In this document: piece after piece, positions 28,101 through 35,153 of the stretch
Position numbering within the stretch: position 1 is the first letter of the stretch
Layout of the letters: each line of letters starts with the position of its first letter
Assembly (NCBI GenBank): GCA_963765535.1
Contig: CAVXWU010000004.1
Coordinates: 593,202-657,201, forward strand
Reading direction: 5' to 3'
DNA: 64,000 nt
From: an uncultured Verrucomicrobiae bacterium
GTDB taxonomy: Bacteria > Verrucomicrobiota > Verrucomicrobiia > Limisphaerales > JAHDYP01
The notes under the pieces: generated by a model
Seen by the model: the letters and a program-made list of their open reading frames with translations, nothing else
Database searches by the model: none
What the model was told of the DNA's origin: nothing
Translations under genes and position numbers: made by a program

Positions 28101-31100
28101 TACAACGACGCGATCGACTTCACCGGGGGCAATCGCCCGGGACAACCTCTCGTCCATTTCCTCGAAAACGTGTTTGTCGGGAGCGGCGACGATCTGCTCG
28201 ATTTGGACGGCACGGACGCCTGGGTGGAAGGCAATATCTTCATGCATTGCCACAAGAATGGATCGCCGGATTCGTCCAGTGCCGTGAGCGGCGGCGACGA
28301 CGGCAACGCGACTTCCGAGATCACCATCGTGGGCAACTTGTTTTATGATTGCGATCACGCGGCCACGGCCAAGCAGGGCAATTTTTATACGCTGCTCAAC
28401 AACACGATCGTCCATCAAATACACGAGGGCGGCACCGACACGGCCGGAGCGCTCATGAATTTTGCGGATGCCGGCACCACCGAAGGCGCGGGGGCCTATC
28501 TCGAAGGCAATATCGTGGTGGATGCCGAGGCCCTCGTCCGCGACCAGAACGCCGCTATTGTCACGTTTACCAATAACCTCCTGCCGTTCCCATGGTCCGG
28601 ACCCGGGGGGGCCAATTCCACCGCCGATCCGCGACTGAAGTATATTCCGCAACTCGCGGAAACCACCCAGTTCAGCAGTTGGGAAGAAGCTCAGGTGCTG
28701 CGCGATTGGTTCAGCCTGATGCCCGGGTCGCCTGCCATCGGCACGGGACCGAATCATCTGGATAAAGGTGGAGTTGTGCCGATGGGCGCCTCGGTCAGTG
28801 GCGAACCGTCCGGCACGAACAACCTGACCAGCGCCACACTCGAGGTAGGCTTTAACCGCGCGGGCAGCGGAATTCCCGTCGCCGGGTTCCCCGAGGGTTC
28901 CGGCTATGTTGCCTACCGCTACCGTCTGGACGGGGCCGCGTGGAGTACCGAACGGGACATTCATATGCCTATCAGTCTCGTCAATCTCTCCAGCGGCCCG
29001 CATCGCGTCGAAGTCTCAGGTAAACGCGACACGGGCCCTTTCCAGGACGACCCGGTGTTTGGCGATGCGGCATTAGTCAGCACTTCGCGAACCTGGACAG
29101 TCGATCCCGGCGCCGTTCCTTCCAATCTCCCAACCGTGCGCTTGAACGAAGTGCTGGCGTCGAATCGATCCGTGCTCACCAATGGCGCCGCGACGCCCGA
29201 CATCGTCGAGCTTTTCAATTTCGGCAGCGCATCGGTCGACCTGTCCGGAATGGGGCTCACCGATAACGCGGATTTGCCCTACAAATTCACCTTCGCCGCA
29301 GGCACTCAGCTCGCCGGCGGCGCGTTCCTGGTTCTATATGGCGACAACGATTTCACCGCGCCCGGCGTTCACCTCGGATTCTCGATTAAAGCCTCGGGCG
29401 ATAATGTCTTGCTCCACGCCGCCGCGGCGAAAGGCGGTCAACCCCTGGACCAAGTCGTGTTCGGCTTGCAGATCGCCGATTATTCCATCGGACGTGTGCC
29501 CGACGGCACCTGGACGCTCTGCGAACCCACCTTCGGTTCTCCCAACGTGACCGCCGGCCTCGGGCGCTACTGGGACCTGAAGATCAATGAGTGGCTCGCC
29601 GACGCCCAGTTCGCGGCCAACAACGATTTTGTCGAACTCTACAACCCGGAACCTCAGCCGGTCCCGCTCGGTGGATTATACCTGTCCGACGCGGCCGGCG
29701 CGCCCGACCGGCATCCGATCGCACCGCTGAGCTTCATCTCCGGCGCCGGCTACACCCCGTTCATTGCTGATAGCCAGCCGAACCAGGGCGCGGACCACTT
29801 GAATTTCAAGCTGTCGCCGGACGTGGGGCTACTGCTCCTCTCGGCGCCCGATCTGACTTTGATTGACGCCATTAACTACGGCCCGCAACAGACCGATGTG
29901 TCGCAGGGTCGCAGCCCGGACGGAAGTGAAACGCTTGCGGATTTCACGCAACCTTCCGACGGTGGACCCAATCCGGGCCTGGGCGGGGTCATCTCGGTGA
30001 CCAATGTCACTCAGACCATCGAGCCGCTGCTCGAGGTCACAACATCCGCGTGGCGATTTGATTCTTCGGGGATCGACTATGGGACGGGCTGGCGTCTCCC
30101 GGGTTTCGACGACTCCGGTTGGAACAGTGGTTTCGGCCTGTTCGGCCGCGAAACCACGCCGCAGGTCTATCCTTATCCCTTCCAGACCGCCATCCCGGCG
30201 CCGAGCCAGTCGGGCGGGCACATCACGGTATACTACCGAACTCACTTTTCCTGGACCGAAGCCCTGGCCGAGTTCCAATTGATCGCCACGAATTACGTCG
30301 ATGACGGGGCGGTCTTTTACCTCAACGGGGTCGAGGTGGGCCGGCTCCGCGTCTCAGCCGACCCGGTGCTTTATGCGAGCACGGCCTCCAACCAGGACAA
30401 CGAGGGCGCGCCCGAGCGATTAGTCTTTCCCACGAACAGCCTCGTTCGAGGTGACAACGTAATTGGAGCCGAAGTCCACCAGGCCAACAGCGGGAGCAGT
30501 GACGACGTGTTCGGCGTGTCGCTCGCGGCGATCCAATTCACCACAAACATCGTGACCCAGACCTTTGGAGTGCCGGTGCTGCTCAATGAGGTGCTTGCTC
30601 GGAACCAGACTCTTACGAATCACCTGGGCCATACTGCCGACTACGTCGAGCTGTTTAATCCTTCCACCAACACCGTGGACCTCTCCGGGCTGAGCCTGAG
30701 CACCGACCCCAACGATTCCCGCCGCTGGGTCTTCCCCGCTAATCGCAGTCTCGCGCCTTCGGCCTACACGGTGATCTACCTGGACGACGCCGCGCCCGCC
30801 TCACCCACCAACACCGGCTTTGCCCTGGGTGCCAACGGCGACGTGCTTTATTTCTTTAACCGTCCGCTGGGCGGCGGAGCTCTGGTCGATTCCATCCGGT
30901 TTGGCCGGCAAACGCCGGACTTCTCGATCGGGCGCACACCCGATGCCGCCGGTCATTGGACACTCAATCTTCCCACTCCCGGCGGTCCGAACAGCTCGGC
31001 TGGCCTGGCGAACATTTCCGCCCTCCGGATCAATGAATGGATGGCCGATCCCTCGAAGGGCAGCGATTGGCTCGAGCTCGCGAATTCCGCCGGCCAACCC

Positions 31101-32822
31101 GTCGCGCTTGATGGCCTGTTCCTGACCGATGATCTGTCGGATCCGAACAAGTCACCGATTCCACCCCTCAGTTTCATCGGGACTGGCGGCGACGCCTGGG
31201 CGGTGTTCATTGCCGATAGCAGGCCCGGCGACGGAGCGGATCATGTGGACTTCTCGTTGAGCAAATCCGGCGAAGCCCTCGGGTTGTTCTCGCCCGCGGG
31301 AGTTATGATCGACGGCGTGACCTTTGGTCCCCAGCCCCTGGATGTGGCGCAGGGGCGCCTGCCTGACGGTTTCCCGACGATCGTGAATTTCGCCAGCACC
31401 GCCTCGCCCGGAACATCCAATTTTCTGCCGTTGCCCGGCGTGGTCATCAACGAGGTGCTGACGCATACCGACCCGCCGCTGGAGGACGCCGTGGAGTTCT
31501 TCAACCTCACTCCCGTCGGCGTCAACGTGGGAGGCTGGTACCTCAGCAACTCAAGGGATGACTTCAAGAAATACCGGATCCCCGATGGAACCATCCTCCC
31601 CGCCAACGCCTTCCTCGTCCTCTACGAAGGCCAGTTCAATGCCGGCGCAACCCCATTCACGTTCAATTCCGCCCACGGCAATCGGGCCATCCTCTCCCAG
31701 GCCGACGCCCAGGGCAACCTCACCGGCTACCGCGCCGAGATGGAGTTCGGCGCCGCCGCTAATGGCGTCTCATTCGGTCGCATCCCTACCAGTGTCGGCT
31801 TCGACTTCACCGCCGTGAGCGCGACTTCCTTCGGGGCCGATCAGGCCGTCACTGTGGATGAGTTTCGCATGGGCGCCGGTCTACCCAACACCGAAGCCAA
31901 GGTCGGTCCCGTGGTGCTCAGCGAAATGCTCTACTATTCGGCCACCGGCGGCCTGGAAAACGACGAAGACGAGTTCATCGAACTGGAGAACATCAGCGGC
32001 GCCCCGGTGCGGCTCTATGATCCCGGTTATCCCACGAACACCTGGAGTCTGCGGAGCGCCGTCGACTTCGTATTTCCGAGCAACGTCATGCTCGATGCCG
32101 GAGGCCGGCTGTTGGTCGTCGGTTTTCCACCCACCGATCCCCAACTGCTGGCACAGTTCCGCGCCAGGTTCAGTGTGCCCGCCGCTGTTCCTGTTTTCGG
32201 CCCATGGAGCGGACATCTCGCCAACGACAGCGACAGCGTGGAACTCTACCGCCCCGATACCGTGCAGTTGCCGCCTCATCCGGATGCCGGTTTCGTGCCC
32301 CAGATCCTGGTGGACAAGGCGGACTATGCCGCGGTTGCACCGTGGCCCGCTGCCGCGGCCGGTGGCGGCAATTCCCTGCAGCGCCTGAACCTTTCCCGCT
32401 ACGGCAATGACCCGGCCAATTGGTCGGCCGCCATACCTACCGCGGGCCGAGCGAATATGGCCGATCCTACCGACACCGATCATGACGGTCTGCCCGACGT
32501 GTGGGAACTCACCTACTTCGGCACCCTTGATCGCGACGGCACCGACGACCTGGATGGCGATGGCATCACCGACTTCGGAGAGTATTTGGCCGGCACCTCG
32601 CCAATCGGGGATTTCCGTTTCCTCTCCGTATCCCTGGGGACGGTGGTTTCCTTGGAGTTCGTGTCTCAGTTCGGCCGGCCCACAACCGTCGAATACCTCG
32701 ACAACCTGGGCGGCCTATGGCAAACGCTCACCAACGTGCCCGCGCCGGCGCAAACGACCCGAATCATGGTGACCGACGCCTACCCGACCGGGACGCGCTT
32801 TTATCGTCTGGTCGCCCCGTGA
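25173..32822 (+). CDS. Giant secreted LTD / CotH / beta-helix protein, paralogue of the upstream gene (2549 aa)
   Basis: Track ORF 25101..32822 starts at a TTG. I moved the start to ATG 25173 (MPILTAVRSRFVLLVLMLFVLVSVRAQN). LTD modules include VLVTEIMVHPP, VRLNEVLASNRS, LKINEWLADAQ, VLLNEVLARNQ, LRINEWMADPS, VVINEVLTHTD and VVLSEMLYYSA. The CotH core is YNCGVRNRGHGTRVANPNNYHVNIPSD..INLNAHYAYSQVLGSAVFRRLGVP. A parallel beta-helix region is GVTLTLEPGLTVYLGPGVNLVVANGGRLLAEGT... Acidic Ca-binding-type repeats are DTDHDGLPDVWE..DLDGDGITDFGE. The C-terminus ends TRFYRLVAP. Confidence 0.85.
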   Translation: MPILTAVRSRFVLLVLMLFVLVSVRAQNVLVTEIMVHPPGTNLLEQWFELQNRGPAAVDLSGWRVTRGVDYLFPSNTVLAAGGYLVVAADRQTFSGLHPTVTNFVGGWESTIGHALELTDRSNRVVHAVEFYDQGDWAVRQMGPPHFNHTGWEWHAEFDGLGASLELINPALPDGYAHNWGSSTVMGGTPGRPNSIASSNNAPLIADVHHRPVIPQPSDPVTVTARVVDELSVGLVVSLHWRVDGAASFNVIAMADDGAHGDGTSGDGLFGAILPAQPDLTVVEFYLQAQDQGGNLRTYPVFIPPTNSTRTANLLYQVDSGAYAGTQPVYRIIMRGVERAELFDLGRQFPDADSDAQMNATWISSDGVVSGGSTTQIRYNCGVRNRGHGTRVANPNNYHVNIPSDRLWKGQAGINLNAHYAYSQVLGSAVFRRLGVPMADSRAVQVRVNGIDLMASVGGDSFGSYAANEQYNKDFVQRSWPIDPGGNAYRGIRGPTETGPQIEADLTWHGPDFFVSGSYTNAYFKQNNFVQNDYSDLLELLGVLNEIPGYSSSAAYVTDVNRVIDVEAWMRYMAINTLLANGETCLANGVGDDYALYRGTLDTRFEVLPYDLDTVMGRGLTPTSPRNGLWRMTNLPVMDRFMKTPEFAPVYYRQLKTLADTAFSTAQMDPLLDQLFQGYVPQETIDTMKAFNASHVAYVLSQIPNTLVVSNNLPILNGYPHTTVPIIALTGAANALNTRTVLVGGGAATYSAWEGTWSINGIVLYPGINRLLVQALDADGQEVGRATDDVWYDDGAAQSAGGTLQTDTTWTAAAGPFDITSTLTVAAGVTLTLEPGLTVYLGPGVNLVVANGGRLLAEGTETAPIRFTRLPGATTAWGGITINGGIGSPETRITHAHLEFNGSTAIHSSGGTVFLDHLTFGSTDHQYISLDGSSFVVSHSDFPTPTAGFELLHGTGGIKAGGYGIFYRNFVGAPNGYNDAIDFTGGNRPGQPLVHFLENVFVGSGDDLLDLDGTDAWVEGNIFMHCHKNGSPDSSSAVSGGDDGNATSEITIVGNLFYDCDHAATAKQGNFYTLLNNTIVHQIHEGGTDTAGALMNFADAGTTEGAGAYLEGNIVVDAEALVRDQNAAIVTFTNNLLPFPWSGPGGANSTADPRLKYIPQLAETTQFSSWEEAQVLRDWFSLMPGSPAIGTGPNHLDKGGVVPMGASVSGEPSGTNNLTSATLEVGFNRAGSGIPVAGFPEGSGYVAYRYRLDGAAWSTERDIHMPISLVNLSSGPHRVEVSGKRDTGPFQDDPVFGDAALVSTSRTWTVDPGAVPSNLPTVRLNEVLASNRSVLTNGAATPDIVELFNFGSASVDLSGMGLTDNADLPYKFTFAAGTQLAGGAFLVLYGDNDFTAPGVHLGFSIKASGDNVLLHAAAAKGGQPLDQVVFGLQIADYSIGRVPDGTWTLCEPTFGSPNVTAGLGRYWDLKINEWLADAQFAANNDFVELYNPEPQPVPLGGLYLSDAAGAPDRHPIAPLSFISGAGYTPFIADSQPNQGADHLNFKLSPDVGLLLLSAPDLTLIDAINYGPQQTDVSQGRSPDGSETLADFTQPSDGGPNPGLGGVISVTNVTQTIEPLLEVTTSAWRFDSSGIDYGTGWRLPGFDDSGWNSGFGLFGRETTPQVYPYPFQTAIPAPSQSGGHITVYYRTHFSWTEALAEFQLIATNYVDDGAVFYLNGVEVGRLRVSADPVLYASTASNQDNEGAPERLVFPTNSLVRGDNVIGAEVHQANSGSSDDVFGVSLAAIQFTTNIVTQTFGVPVLLNEVLARNQTLTNHLGHTADYVELFNPSTNTVDLSGLSLSTDPNDSRRWVFPANRSLAPSAYTVIYLDDAAPASPTNTGFALGANGDVLYFFNRPLGGGALVDSIRFGRQTPDFSIGRTPDAAGHWTLNLPTPGGPNSSAGLANISALRINEWMADPSKGSDWLELANSAGQPVALDGLFLTDDLSDPNKSPIPPLSFIGTGGDAWAVFIADSRPGDGADHVDFSLSKSGEALGLFSPAGVMIDGVTFGPQPLDVAQGRLPDGFPTIVNFASTASPGTSNFLPLPGVVINEVLTHTDPPLEDAVEFFNLTPVGVNVGGWYLSNSRDDFKKYRIPDGTILPANAFLVLYEGQFNAGATPFTFNSAHGNRAILSQADAQGNLTGYRAEMEFGAAANGVSFGRIPTSVGFDFTAVSATSFGADQAVTVDEFRMGAGLPNTEAKVGPVVLSEMLYYSATGGLENDEDEFIELENISGAPVRLYDPGYPTNTWSLRSAVDFVFPSNVMLDAGGRLLVVGFPPTDPQLLAQFRARFSVPAAVPVFGPWSGHLANDSDSVELYRPDTVQLPPHPDAGFVPQILVDKADYAAVAPWPAAAAGGGNSLQRLNLSRYGNDPANWSAAIPTAGRANMADPTDTDHDGLPDVWELTYFGTLDRDGTDDLDGDGITDFGEYLAGTSPIGDFRFLSVSLGTVVSLEFVSQFGRPTTVEYLDNLGGLWQTLTNVPAPAQTTRIMVTDAYPTGTRFYRLVAP

Positions 32823-32855
32823 CCGGCGAGAAACACTGATTCAAACCCTTCGCAC

Positions 32856-32978
32856 GCTGCTGCGACTGGCGCTTCGGGTCGCGCTCCAGCCAAGCTGCGC
32901 GTCGTCCGCGTGCGGAGCGCGGCTGTGTTCCGTCTGCGGGACCAGCCGCAGCAACACCCCGACGGTCGCATCACGGTT
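32856..32978 (+). repeat. Left-flank module of composite repeat, copy 2
   Basis: It starts 34 nt after the stop of the 2549-aa gene. See copy 1 (16876..16963 and 17972..18028) for the aligned sequence. Confidence 0.85.
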
Positions 32979-33721
32979 CGAGGACGAGCACGAGGAGGAG
33001 GACGAGCACGAGGAGGAGGACGAGCACGAGGAGGAGGACGAGCACGAGGAGGAGGACGAGCACGAGGAGGAGGACGAGCACGAGGAGGAGGACGAGCACG
33101 AGGAGGAGGACGAGCACGAGGAGGAGGACGAGCACGAGGAGGAGGACGAGCACGAGGAGGAGGACGAGCACGAGGAGGAGGACGAGCACGAGGAGGAGGA
33201 CGAGCACGAGGAGGAGGACGAGCACGAGGAGGAGGACGAGCACGAGGAGGAGGACGAGCACGAGGAGGAGGACGAGCACGAGGAGGAGGACGAGCACGAG
33301 GAGGAGGACGAGCACGAGGAGGAGGACGAGCACGAGGAGGAGGACGAGCACGAGGAGGAGGACGAGCACGAGGAGGAGGACGAGCACGAGGAGGAGGACG
33401 AGCACGAGGAGGAGGACGAGCACGAGGAGGAGAACGAGCACGAGGAGGAGAACGAGCACGAGGAGGAGAACGAGCACGAGGAGGAGGACGAGCACGAGGA
33501 GGAGGACGAGCACGAGGAGGAGAACGAGCACGAGGAGGAGGACGAGCACGAGGAGGAGGACGAGCACGAGGAGGAGAACGAGCACGAGGAGGAGAACGAG
33601 CACGAGGAGGAGAACGAGCACGAGGAGGAGGACGAGCACGAGGAGGAGAACGAGCACGAGGAGGAGAACGAGCACGAGGAGGAGAACGAGCACGAGGAGG
33701 AGGACGAGCACGAGGAGGAGC
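32979..33721 (+). repeat. T-free tandem array 2: 41 x 18-bp units GACGAGCACGAGGAGGAG (10 units with AAC instead of GAC)
   Basis: The last T before the array is at 32978 and the next T is at 33722. Units start at 32983 + 18k for k = 0..40. Units 0-24 begin GAC. The AAC variants are units 25, 26, 27, 30, 33, 34, 35, 37, 38 and 39 (hand count). Confidence 0.95.
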
Positions 33722-33728
33722 TCTTCGA

Positions 33729-33933
33729 GTGCGCGTAGCCGCAGTAATGTACCCCCGTCGCCCGACATGGGCGCTTTCCGCTTTCGGGGAATTATTCTGC
33801 CCAATAATCATTCTGCCACTCACCCGCTAACCCGGATCGCTCACCCCGAAGTGGCAGGATGATTGTCGGCAGAATGATTGGAAGCCTACCGTCTCGTCGC
33901 CTGGGAACATTCGAGCGGCTCGGACCATTCGCG
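33729..33933 (+). repeat. Right-flank module of composite repeat, copy 2 (four-box hairpin 33792..33877)
   Basis: It aligns with 17693..17898. A degenerate copy of the left-flank start follows at 33934..33975 (GCTGCTGCGGCTGGCGCTTCGCGCACAGTCGCGCTCC). Confidence 0.85.
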
Positions 33934-34043
33934 TGCTGCTGCGGCTGGCGCTTCGCGCACAGTCGCGCTCCGGCAATCGCCGGAGCAGCTTGACAAACGG
34001 CAGCAGCAGCAGAGCATAGCCTCGAGTTTATCTGCTCCGTCCT

Positions 34044-34820
34044 ATGCTCAAGCGTTCCAGGATTCTTGTAGATTGGCCTTTGCGGAAGCCGGGGGCGGCG
34101 AGGCCGGGTTTCACCCTGATTGAATTGCTGGTGGTGATCGCCATCATTGCCATCCTCGCCGGGCTATTGCTTCCCGCATTGGCCAACGCCAAGGAGAAAG
34201 GCTCACGGATCGTATGCGTGAACAACAACAAGCAAATCGCACTGGCGATGATCATGTACACGGACGACAACGGCGAGCGGATGCCTTGGCCCAATTGGGG
34301 CAACGATTACGGCCCGGGTTGGTTGTATCAACCGGTGGGCGGGCGCGCCCCGGACCCGATGAACACCAACGAATGGCCCTCCATCGAACAAGGACTCTAC
34401 TGGCCGTTCTTGCGCGAACGCCGCACCTACAATTGCCCCCTGGACCGGACCAATGATGTCTCGTGGGCCCAACGCCGACAACGGATCTCCAGCTATATCA
34501 TGAACGGCGCCGTGTGCAGCTTCGGCCGGCTCAGTGATGGCCGAACGCACAAAATCAGCGCCTTCAACCCGATGGCCTATGTGCACTGGGAACCTGACAT
34601 CAAGAATTGGGGCGGGGTGTGGGGCGCCAACCCGGGCCACGACGCCAGCCAGTTCCCGAACGAGTTGGAGGGGATTGGTCGCCGCCATAAACTCGGCGCA
34701 ATCATCACCGCCTTCGACGGCCACGTGCATTTCATTCGTTACGAGGATTTCCAGGACCAGCAACAATCGCAAAAGCCCGGCCTGCTCTGGTGTGTGCCGG
34801 ACACTCCGACCGGCGAATAA
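34044..34820 (+). CDS. Prepilin-type N-terminal cleavage/methylation-domain protein (DUF1559-like pseudopilin)
   Basis: Track ORF of 258 aa. The class-III signal is [34 protein letters not shown], followed by [24 protein letters not shown]. This matches the abundant PVC-type pseudopilin-like family. Confidence 0.85.
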   Translation: MLKRSRILVDWPLRKPGAARPGFTLIELLVVIAIIAILAGLLLPALANAKEKGSRIVCVNNNKQIALAMIMYTDDNGERMPWPNWGNDYGPGWLYQPVGGRAPDPMNTNEWPSIEQGLYWPFLRERRTYNCPLDRTNDVSWAQRRQRISSYIMNGAVCSFGRLSDGRTHKISAFNPMAYVHWEPDIKNWGGVWGANPGHDASQFPNELEGIGRRHKLGAIITAFDGHVHFIRYEDFQDQQQSQKPGLLWCVPDTPTGE

Positions 34821-35153
34821 GCCGGGGCTGTGGCCCGGCCTCTCCGTCGAGCAACCGGCTGTAGACTCGATGGAACCCGGTATTCGAAAAATGAATATGT
34901 GGGGCAAAACTTGCCGAATACAGCGGGATCCGGAAACGGCTTGACGCGTTCCGTTGGCCTGCCAGACTCCGCAAGCATAACGCGATTTCATGCGATTTCT
35001 CCCTCCATGACAGGAACCTCCGGCCATGCCTCTTTCTGGGTTTCCTGGCCGCGGAAGACTCGCCTGAGTCACGAATCACAGAATGGACAACTGGGGTAGG
35101 GCGCGGTCGGCATGGGTAAACGACCGACCCGATCCCGCAATCTAACAACTCGA

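Noticed and set aside
16964-33721. Possibility that the two arrays are CRISPR arrays
   Set aside because: The units abut one another with no unique spacers, are only 13-19 bp long, and are not palindromic. No cas genes are present in the window.
32801-33830. Three long ORFs over array 2 (RARGGG, PPRARP and LLLVLV repeats)
   Set aside because: Same reason: a T-free 18-bp array. The only frame that would give a plausible acidic peptide (DEHEEE)n has no listed start. The listed frames are Arg/Gly, Pro/Arg or Leu/Val homopolymer-like and run through the conserved non-coding flanks.
34012-34049. Hairpin GAGCATAG..22 nt..CTATGCTC enclosing the ATG of the prepilin-like gene (possible translational control)
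   Set aside because: The stem is only 8 bp with a large loop. That is expected by chance in this much sequence, and no conservation evidence is available.
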